Shown piece after piece: positions 1 to 10,161 of a stretch of DNA of 64,000 bases (positions are counted from its first letter, which is position 1; every line of letters starts with the position of its first letter). The notes beneath the pieces were generated by a model. The model made no database searches. It saw only the letters and a program-made list of their open reading frames with translations, and was not told where the DNA came from. A program made the position numbers and the translations under genes. This DNA is from Tubulanus polymorphus. Lineage: Eukaryota; Animalia; Nemertea. The stretch lies in NCBI RefSeq assembly GCF_964204645.1, contig NC_134032.1, positions 4,302,175 through 4,366,174 on the forward strand, written 5' to 3'.

Positions 1-1256
1 TTATCATCATTTAGTTTAATTATATCATGTTGAATATTATCAGTTCTAATATTTTCTGATGTATTGTAATCTTTCATTTTAGAATCATTATTTAATTTAA
101 TATTATTAGTTTTAGTTTCTGTTGATTGAATATGTTTTTTATTGTTTTCACCTTCCATTAATTTTGGAGCAGTGATAATCTTTTTATTTATATCATTTAA
201 TCCAAATGAATTATTTATTGTTGCAGTTTTAATTAGATTATTATAACCAATTATATTTCCCATCTTTAATACTAAATCATTAGAAATAATTAATAGATTA
301 GGGCCTATACAATAATTTAGTCTAATATGCGATTTATCTAAATAATTTTGATATCTTATAATGTTTTCCGGAATCGATCTATTTTTATCATTATGAATTG
401 AATCTTCAAATAATTTCTAATTTCTAATAAATTGTTTCTGTGCATCGAATGAAGTGTTATCATTTCCAATTATTGGGGATCTTGTTTCAACTTGCGCACC
501 TAAAATACATATCAAATAAGTTCTAATAGATTGATTTATTCTTTGTATACCTGATTTTGTAAAACCTTCACTATTTTCTAAAATGAAATTAACCCAACCA
601 TTATTGTTTTGTTGTTGTATATTATTATAATATTTTGGTAATTCATTCCAATTTAGTGTTCTTATATCTGAATTTGTCATTATTTTTCCAAATTCTTTAG
701 TATATAATATTCCTAATCCACCCATTGTTCCAATTTTTGCTCTAAAATCATTATTTGAATTAATATTAAATTCATTACATATTTTATTAAACTTAGAAAA
801 ATTAATATTATTATTCAATTCTTTAAAATATTTTGAACCCGGTAAAGGACATTCTAATTCATCTAATATTAATTTTATTTGAAAATATGTATGAAATCTA
901 AAAAGTGATAACATCAATGGTAAAATTGGTTTGTTTAAATGATCATTCCAACTAATTCCGCATCCTGTTGTCGCGCAATAAACAGCAAAATTTAATTGGT
1001 TCTGTCAATACTTCATATTAGATTTTAATAACCATTGTTTTGCCTCATTTAAATTTTTAAAATTAATTGTATACACATGAAATATATTTTCCATCTTTAC
1101 ATGAAAATTATTACTTTCAGTAACATAAATATATAAATCAATTAATGAATCTAAAACTTCATTTCTATATGTTATATCTTTATTAAAGTCTATTGCTGGA
1201 ATATTATATTTAATTGATTTATTATATTGGAAAGCTTTTGGAAAACTATCTACCAT
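1..1256 (-). pseudogene. Polinton-associated hypothetical protein, disrupted
   Basis: ORFs 1005..1256 and 417..917 are one frame joined through a TGA (NMKY*QNQLNFAVYCATTGCGISWNDHL). The frame continues past a TAG at 417 (KLFEDSIH...YCIGPNLLII) and apparently frameshifts near 160. Confidence 0.7.
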
Positions 1257-1272
1257 TTATATAACTAAAAAA

Positions 1273-1708
1273 TTAATAATTTATTAATTCTTTTAATAAT
1301 TTATCTTGTTCTTCAACTTTTATATGACCATTTAAACTTATTACATAATCTAGTGTATTCTTTAATTTATTAATTTCTTTTATATTAGTTTTAATTTTTT
1401 CTTTATTACTTTTTATATTTAATTTTGAACTTATACCAGTTAAAACACTTGAACTTAATCCTAATACACCAATTGATATAGCTAAAGGTGTTAATGGACT
1501 GAATATTGCTAGAAATGTTATTACAGAACTAATTGTAACCGAACCACTTATGATCAAAAAATATATTAATTTTACTTTTTAAATATTTTTTCTTTTTTAT
1601 CTTTAAGTCACTTTCAAATTCTAATATTTGTTTTTCTAAATATGTTTTTAATTTAGTTATATTTATATCATGAGGAATAATGTCAATATTATCAACTTTA
1701 TCTTCCAT
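1273..1708 (-). pseudogene. Small membrane/coiled-coil viral protein, frameshifted
   Basis: ATG at 1708 (MEDKVDNIDII...) joins ORF 1273..1557 if one T is removed from the T run near 1558-1561; contains two hydrophobic segments. Confidence 0.6.
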
Positions 1709-1727
1709 TTATTTAGCAAAAAAATTA

Positions 1728-2136
1728 CTAATTAGTAAATCTATATGCTACAAATATAACAATAACAGTTCCACCTAAAATCCAAATTATTTCATATTTC
1801 TGTTGTTCATTACTTGGGGTATAATAATTTGATAATTTAGGTTTGTATAGATGTAATTTTTCTTTATTGGTTACCGCGTTATATAAACTCATTGCATCAT
1901 CAACTGATTGAAAATCTCTATGTGAAATCTTCTGATCATATAATTCTTTATTGATGTAATCCATACAGTTTTGCCTCTTTTCTCTATATTCTTCCGCTGC
2001 TTTATTGTATTTCTCTAATGCTAAGTTATGTCTTTTTTGTTCTGTTAATGATCCATTTTTATCAATATGTTTAAATGAATATCCACCACCAGTAAACGAT
2101 TGCCGATCCTATAATAGTTATAACTGCAGAAGCCAT
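1728..2136 (-). pseudogene. Small Polinton-associated protein with hydrophobic termini, frameshifted
   Basis: MASAVITIIGSAIV / shift / FTGGGYSFKHIDKNGSLTEQKRHNLALEKYNK... runs in frame into ORF 1728..1964. Confidence 0.65.
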
Positions 2137-2160
2137 TTATTTAGTAAAATAAATACGCAT

Positions 2161-2382
2161 TTATATGGGAGGAATATATTTTTGTTTTTCTAAATAATCA
2201 ATAGTTAAATTAGATAAAGTAACTGCTAATGTTAATTTTAAAATATCATTTATATCAAATCTATCAACATTAACACTTCCCATTTTGAATACTTTTTTTA
2301 ATACCATTGAATAACCATCAGTTCCAACTGATAGTAATGCGCCATTATATAATCCAGTTATTATCCACTTATTATCACTCAT
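2161..2382 (-). CDS. Small hypothetical viral protein (73 aa)
   Basis: Intact ORF with TAAATG start context, packed against its neighbours. Confidence 0.65.
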   Translation of the reverse strand: MSDNKWIITGLYNGALLSVGTDGYSMVLKKVFKMGSVNVDRFDINDILKLTLAVTLSNLTIDYLEKQKYIPPI

Positions 2383-2739
2383 TTATTTATCAAAAAAATT
2401 ACTATCATCAAAATATTTAGTTATCTTAGTGATGATTAAATCAACATTTATTTCATTACTAGTTTCATTTGTATATATTTCAATTATTATTTTTTTAATA
2501 TCATCGATGATAAAATCTTCATCTAATTCATAAAATCTTAAAGATTCACTAATTAAATTAGTAATCTTTTCTACATTTAAAGTTTCTTTATCTATTGTTG
2601 TTTCATACTCAAATGTTGTTTCATTAGAAAATGTAATATTTTTGATATGTGTAATTACATCATTAACGTTAAATTTCATTTCTTTCTCACGTTTAAAATC
2701 AAATCCAAAACATATGCTCGGCCCAACAGTTATATTCAT
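2383..2739 (-). CDS. Hypothetical viral protein (118 aa)
   Basis: Intact ORF with TAAATG start context; its stop codon abuts the next ATG. Confidence 0.55.
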   Translation of the reverse strand: MNITVGPSICFGFDFKREKEMKFNVNDVITHIKNITFSNETTFEYETTIDKETLNVEKITNLISESLRFYELDEDFIIDDIKKIIIEIYTNETSNEINVDLIITKITKYFDDSNFFDK

Positions 2740-2756
2740 TTATATAGTGAAAAAAA

Positions 2757-3110
2757 TTACTCTCTACATCTTATAACTAATTCATATATCACAGAAAAGT
2801 TATTCAAATCAATTAAATATCCATTATGATTTCTTATTTCTAATTTGAAATTATTAAATTTAGGAATGCAAGGTTTAAAATCACATTCAGCTAAATTATG
2901 ATTTATTTGAGTTCCAAATTGTTTAACATTTTTTAGCGGTAAAATATTTAGTATACTAGAACTACAAATTGTTTCTTTAGTTGCTTCGAAAGTTTTTGTA
3001 GGATCAATTAAATTGCAATAAATATAAAAGTGTGTAAAAGGTATTATATTTGAATTACCATCTACGTTTCCTGTAACGGTATCTGGTGCAATTCCTAACA
3101 GTTTAGCTAA
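2757..3110 (-). pseudogene. C-terminal part of a Polinton minor capsid (penton)-like protein, fused in frame to PolB
   Basis: LLG...FYIYCNLID...NILPL...FG...FKP...FKLEIRNHNGYLIDLNNFSVIYELVIR resembles the Polinton minor-capsid C-terminal pattern and not PolB. Confidence 0.6.
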
Positions 3111-6100
3111 CTCAATATCATTTCTATTTCTAATATTTTCACAAGTCTTACCATAGAATGCATTATTCATTAACTTGAAGAAATCTTTCTCGAAATCAGT
3201 TTTAGCTTCAGTTCTCTGTTTGGTGTTAAAATCTATATATCTTTCTAACCACTTAGATTGACTGAATGAAATATATCTATGTACTTTTTTTAGGATCATT
3301 CCTTGTTTTAGATAAAACTTTAACATTCTATAATGTACTACATAATTATATTTATCTTCTTGAGTTACCATTAACTTTTCTGTATGAATATGATTTTCGG
3401 GTTTAATTCTTTTTTGATAATTTGATAATTCTTCATGAGTTACAGTTTTATGTTCGGGACAGTAAGCTAGATTTCTAGATTTAAATTTAATATGTTCAGG
3501 ATATTCTAAATCTACAACAAAGAAGTAACCAGTATCTGAATCATCTGCAATATCTAGAATTATTTTCTTCCAATCAAATTTATCATTATTTTCATTCTGT
3601 AAAACTTCACTTATTTCAAATACTCCATAAGGTTGTGGTTCCATCATTGCCCAACCATACAAATCATTTGCATCTATATATAATAACTTATATCCAGGGT
3701 TATCATTTACATTGAAATATCTATCCCCTAATACACCTGAAACTCCTCCTCTTATAGATTTTTCAAATAATAGTAATTGATCTATATTTGTTAACAAATC
3801 CATTTTTATATCTGTAAATTTTAATCCACAATCCCATGTTAAACCTGGGCTAGAATAACAATGACATGGATCAATGTTAAAATATTTTAGGTTTACATCT
3901 CTAAACCTTTCGAATATATCGGTTAATAATAATACATCTGATTTTAGATATAAATCTACTAATTGTCCATGATTTTCTATTTTGAAATGATTCCAAATAT
4001 TCAATGTTCTATTATAGACTTCATCTTTAACATATTCATTTTTTAATTCATCATAGAATTGTTCTTTCAATAATTCAGTAATGTTAAAATCATTATGTTT
4101 TTTTATAGAAAGAATATGGAATTGCGCCTTTATATCTCATTAATTGAAAATCATCATTATTTGGGTAATGTTGCTTTAATATTTTTAATTCATCATCAAC
4201 TAATGATTTTGATAAGTTATCTAATGAACTATTTAAAAATCTATATGAATCTATAAATCTTAGGCAACCAAATTGGAATGATATATAATTCTCAGATGTT
4301 TTAGCTAACATTCTAAATTTATAAGTTGGTATTCTATCTTTTGATCTATTTGAATTAAATCTTTCTATTTCATTATTGATTTCTTCTATTTTATGGCATA
4401 ACTGTTTGATGAATAAATGTGCATCATATCCTGATAGATTATGAAATATAACTGGTACAAAATAAATTTTCTTAGCTTGTAAGTTACAATTCTCATGTGC
4501 AGCGCCTCTAAACTTTCCATTCAAATAATCATGGTCTCTTACTTTTTTATCTTTATAATTAAATATCTTTTCACAATAATAACATTTATCTGCAAACGCA
4601 AATTCTTCTTTATCTTCTTCTGTCATTATAATTTCTATATTTGTATTCAATAATTTACCAAATCTTATTTCATATTCAATTAATAAGTCACAAAAATGAT
4701 TGATAACATTTTCATTTCTATAATCATAATATTCACTTTCAATTAGTTCTGGATAATCAGATTTAATATATAACCCGAAAGCTGCAGCTGATTGATGAAT
4801 CTTTTTAATAGTATTTGTTTTTGGTGGTTCATCTGAAAAATCATTTTCATTAGAATTTAATTTCTTTCTTTTATAATATATTTCTTTTCTATCTTGATTC
4901 AAAATCTCCATATATAACAAATGGAACTTTATTTTTGTAATCATATTTTTTGAATTCTAATATTTTATCCTTTTCATTTGGTACAACTAATTTACAATAA
5001 TCATGATTTTCACATAATTGTTTATGATTTAATAATGTACTTTCATTACTGAATTTATGTAAACATTTTCTACATAGATATATTTTATTATGGTGATCAC
5101 TTTCTGTTCTAAAGAATAAATCTATTTGTTTAATCCACATATAATGATTCTCATAATATAGTATATCTATAACATCATTTGAATCATAATCTTTTGATAG
5201 ATATAAAGGTTCCAATGTATAATGTTTTATGTTGTTACCTTTTGTATTTGGTAATTTGATTAAATCAAATACATTTATCTTTATATTATTATCTCTTTCT
5301 ATCTTTGGGATGTTTTTAATTATAACAGGATACTTATCTATCTTATAATTATTTTCAAATGGTTTATAATTTGTTAATCTAAAACTATGTGTAATATCTT
5401 CTGTTGGATGTAAACAACTTATTATAGCCCATAGAAAACATTTATCATCTTCATTTTGTACATTTATTACAGCATTAGTTTTAAATGGTAATTTGATATA
5501 ACTTGATCCATTTATACTATCATCTTTATAATATGATACATTATTTTCATCTATTGGTTTCGATTTAGTTATCTTATTATATTTTGTGTTATAAACATGT
5601 AAAGTCATAAATATTATCTCATCAAATATTAAACCAGACCCTTCTCTTCTATTTTAGTTTTTACTTCATTATAACATTTATCTAATTTATCATCTATATG
5701 TTGTTTAGATATAATATGTTGTGGATGAGAATTTATATTATATATTGGTTTATCTTCAGATTTTATAAATTTAACTTTAGAAGATATACTAATTTTAGGG
5801 TATTCAACATCAGTTATTATTTTTATTATTTCTTTCATAATTTCTAAATGTTTTTCATTTTCTTCTAATGTTTTTCCTTCATGAAATTTAAACTCGATAG
5901 CTGCTGGGCCAATATCACTTTTAAATGCTTCGGTTATCTCTATATCTTTTTTATTATCTAATTAATTAATATAATTTCTTACATCTACCATGTATGGTCT
6001 TTTATTGTTTAATTTATTTTTTATGCTTTTAATTGTCTTCTGTTTCTTATCATTATCTTTATCAAAATAATCTTCACCAAAAATATCATTTTTCTTATTT

Positions 6101-6348
6101 CTAATATGACTTTTAGATTTTAAATGTTCATTATAATATCTTTTATCACTGAATGATTGATTACATGTATCACATTTATATGTTTCTTTTTCATTCTTTA
6201 ATTCATCTAATTTAGTTTCTAATATATCATCTTCATATTCTAGTTTCAATTTATTCTCTAAATGTGTTTTAGTTTTATTGTGTCTTGATTTTTGGGATTT
6301 ATCTATATTGATATTACATGTTGGGCAGTAGTACTTATTTGCTTCCAT
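3111..6348 (-). pseudogene. Protein-primed family B DNA polymerase (pPolB), frameshifted and truncated
   Basis: N-terminal C2H2 fingers, GSSYIKLP...NVQNEDDKCFLWAI, ExoI YGDFES, EndoVII-like CYYC...RDHD...HENCN, ExoII FHNLSGYD, ExoIII YLKSD, motif A YIDANDLYGWAM, motif B KLMNNAFYGK. Spread over five ORFs; motif C is absent. Confidence 0.92.
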
Positions 6349-6584
6349 TTTAATATCAAATTATTTTTTTAAATTGATTTTAGAAGTTCAATGATTTATA
6401 TCATGTATTATTTCAATCACACTTTACTAACACTTTTAATGTTTAAAAATCTAACTCATACAAATATAAATATTGAAATAATGTTGTAAATATATCTATA
6501 TATCTATTCTATAAGAGCTCGTTAATTACTCGTTACTTATATATGTTATTCATTTATATTTTATTCATATATATGAATATTTTA

Positions 6585-6775
6585 AGAGTAATAGGGGTAA
6601 TAGGCTTTCATATCAAAGGTTGAAGGGGCGAGTGAGTAAAAAAATGAAAATAATAATAATTTACAGTTGAATTAGGAGTGTGCGCGACTAATTCAACTGT
6701 AAATTATTATTTTCATTTTTTTACGAGCTCGACCCTTCGACCTTTGGTATGAAAGCCTATTACCCCTATTACTCT
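6585..6775. repeat. 191-bp near-perfect palindrome at the viral element boundary
   Basis: AGAGTAATAGGGGTAATAGGCTTTCATA...TTACAGTTGAATTAG / 12-nt loop / CTAATTCAACTGTAA...TATGAAAGCCTATTACCCCTATTACTCT. Confidence 0.95.
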
Positions 6776-7380
6776 GGTCTAACTCAATTTGTCCATTCGT
6801 CTCGTGTAGGCGGAGACCTCACCAACAAAGTGATGACACCCAGCACCAGTCATTACTTCCGTTAGCTGCTTCGAGCGTCATCGCTAAATTTATTTTTTGT
6901 AGTTTTTTTTACATTTTTAGTAATCTTTAGCGTTCAAAGTGATCGGCCTGGAAAAGTTAATCAGATGGCTGTCCGGGAGGCTGGGGTTCCGTCAAGAGAT
7001 CGGCGTCGACGAAGCGAAGCTCGACAAACTGGCCGACGCACTGAAGCAAGTGAAAAGATCGACGTCCGTGGACATCGCAAAGCGTTCGCTCGAGAAGTAA
7101 GTAACGGCCGGCAGGCACTAGCTATCATCGGCGTCTCGCTCGATAACAACTGAGTCCAGACACTAAATGGATGAGTACAGCACCAAGTATCTGAGTCTCG
7201 AAGGAGAACGGTCATAGCGGATTTTGCTATATACGTGGAGGTGCCCATCGGGCAGTTCAGGTCGCGTACGCGTTCCGACAGCGTCAGGCGATCGAGGCCG
7301 GTCAATGACCGGTCCGCGGAGGCCCTCCCCGTAGGATACCCTAACAGCAAGATGCCTCGCCGGGTTGCGAAGCTTCCTTC

Positions 7381-7614
7381 GACCATTTGACATTAGATTA
7401 GTTGACCAATTGCCATCACATTGATTGACCACTTGACATTAGATGAGTCGACCAATTGCCACCAGATTGGTTGACCATTTGACATTAGATTATTTTCTTT
7501 TTTGGCTGAATCTGTTAGTGTAAATAAAGTGCATTGAATTTGACCATCTGGTCAAACAGCGCGTTCTTGAGAAGGTGTCCGGGTATCCGGGTGTCCGCGT
7601 TATTCAAATAGCCC
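7381..7614. repeat. Short tandem repeat plus probable orphan right TIR of a MULE-like element
   Basis: GACCA(TTTGACATTAGAT) repeats at 7381-7490. GGTGTCCGGGTATCCGGGTGTCCGCGTTATTCAAATAGCCC has the same style as the repeat-containing MULE TIRs elsewhere in the window; no partner TIR seen. Confidence 0.4.
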
Positions 7615-10161
7615 TTGATGTGAGCAGGATTGAATAAGATTCTGAAAGAATAAGTGGTACATTCACCGATACCTAATTATCATGTCACTATAAACTTTAA
7701 TAGTCATTTCATGCTCAGTTACCATATGTTGGTTAAATTCAATCAGCACATGCCAGTAGTAAATGAAAACGGAAGATAAGGTTTTCCGCTTTGATGAGGA
7801 TGCTGATATTGAATTTGAACAGTATGCACTTACTATTTATTTTTGTTTGCCACATTGCTGCTGCTATTTCCATGGTTGCCTCAAGATTATATCCTAAGCA
7901 GTCAATTGCAGGTATTAAGTTTAGGTGTTAAGATATGGAATCCAGTAGTTCTCTTCCTTCTATCCAAAGCTACTTTTTTCGGAGTAACATCTAGATCTCA
8001 GAAAGTCACTATGTTCTACTCTGTACAATACATATTCTACTATGTATGGTACATTCTTGGAAAAGTTTGAACGTGTTTTGCCTGATTATTTTTGCTGTAA
8101 AAATGCAAAATAGTGTTGTAGTAAATTGTACGAATGCGACCACTTGTGGAATAGTGTACAAGGACAATCAAATCAATGATAAATAAAGCAATGATGTATT
8201 TTAATATAATATTGATAATAATAATTGGTTTTCTACCTGGTCAAAATGTATAACATATAATTCCAAACATGTGTAGTATTACACATTAAGAGATCATCAA
8301 AAAATGCTTGTGGGTCATCTGGGATAAATCTTGTAAGTAATGAGTGAGTGAGCTTCAAGTCACCTTAGAAATTCTGTATATGAATCATATGTTGAATTGC
8401 AGCATGAAGCCTATACATACGAGATTGCCTGTTATCATTTTATTCTGATGAATATGGCTAGCATCCATATATATCCATATGTGGCGAAAATTCTCTATAT
8501 CTTGGGTGGGTTGGACCACAAAACATTGGTCTATTATGAAATCAGACTATGTATTTATGACTTATGTTTTAGACTATGTATCTCGGAATGGCCTTAAGCA
8601 ATTCTTTTCTCATTGTTTCTTTTTAGGTGTTCATATTCCGGGACAGGGCTGAGTGTCCTGCGGCGATGTTTCGGTATCTTTTCTGCTCAATTTCTTTCTG
8701 AGAGATTTTTGGCAGTTCTGTCAGATTCCAATTTTACGACCTGGGCAGGCCCCCGCGATGTTGGCCACGCCACATCGCGGTGATATTAGCGATTTCATGC
8801 CATTGTTTTATTCTCCACCTGCCTATTAGAGTGGTGTGTGTTCACCTTTGTATATTTGGAACCCAACTTCTTTGATTTCGCCGGGGAATTCTCCAGCCCT
8901 GCTCGTGTTTACGTTTGTTTTACGACACCGCTCGCTGGCGCAGCCTCACCTCCATGTGAGCGTTTTCGCGGTGGTGCAGTTTACTCCGGGTTATTTTGTA
9001 GTCAATATCTCCGTATCGGTCTTATAGTCGTCATTTTTCGCGTTCATCTTAAAATATTATAGAACTTAATTATATTTCTCGCGTCTTAAGTCTTTATTTG
9101 GGTTTTATCATTCGTCACGGTCGAATGATTTCCAGTGAACTACTTCGTCCGCGGAGCGTATCACTGCTCCTCACGCTTGACTAAAAATTTTGCGCGATCG
9201 AGCTCATTGGCAACTTGGCTCTGGCGGAGCCCACTTAAGAAATTCTTTCGTACTTCACAGTTTTATGAAGTCGAACGCTTCAAATCGTATAGATCATGTA
9301 AGAAGACGATTTCACTTTCTATTTAAGACACGGATCTCCGGGTCGTCTGACCCACGGGATCGCTGCGTGGTTTTTGACATCCTTCCCTCAGTGAATCCCG
9401 GGTGCCGACGCGCCCCAGGGCCATAGCGGCCGATAAAATCGTTACTTTCAATCCTGTAAATATTATAAATTCTCCATAAATTTGTTGTCTGTCTAAACTC
9501 GATCCTTTGACGATGCCATCCTAACGCTCTCGTAGTATAGTATATATTCTGTGCTATCTTCGTAATCTTACTCCGAGATGTTATTTCAGCTGACCATGCC
9601 AATCGTCGTTAATTATTTGACGCTCCGTCGTAAATTTCTTAACCGTTGATTAGCTACAACGCTCGTTTACTTAGACCTTATATTAGATACCCGCCGGAGT
9701 CCGCCGCACCATCGCAACCTTTTGACGTTCCGTCGTCTCTTTTATATGCAACCGCACATTGTCTATACCATTGAATATGTCACAAGCCAAAAAGGGGATA
9801 TCTTTACATATCGAAATGTAAAGAAACAAGTTATTTTGCGTGCTGATATGATGTCCTCTCGGCATCGAGAACGATAAATTTTGTAATTATAGGAAAATAT
9901 ATATTTGATCAACCGTACTACATTCCAATCAAACTTCGAATCTTGCGTTTATTTGATTTGCTTGCACTGGAAGGAAGGATGAGGATTTCTGTTGTTTTCC
10001 TGCTGCACCTAACCCATTGAGTTTTACATGAGGATCATTCCCCTATTGACCGTCCCTACTGACAACACTTAAGCATACGACTAGTTTGACAGATCTGGCA
10101 TGAGTCGCAATTAGCTCCTGAGATTATGGGGGACAGCTATGTGCGAGAGAGCACTTGGAAT

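Larger units (their letters stand above)
1..6775 (-). mobile_element. Degraded Polinton/Maverick-like endogenous viral element (one end; continues beyond window start)
   Basis: Very AT-rich, intronless, tightly packed co-oriented ORFs including a protein-primed PolB and a minor-capsid-like sequence. Composition changes abruptly after ...TACTCT at 6775, matching AG...CT Polinton-type termini. Confidence 0.85.

Noticed and set aside
1005-1007. TGA at expected Trp positions (also ~49348 and ~57002), suggesting an alternative genetic code
   Set aside because: TGG is used normally in the same genes, which also carry frameshifts and other stops; simple G-to-A decay explains it.
10027-10045. ACATGAGGATCA resembling the MS2 operator hairpin
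   Set aside because: The 3' half (CCCATGT) is absent; chance match.
8600-10150. CpG-rich region with several short ORFs
   Set aside because: No recognisable motif in any frame; left unassigned.
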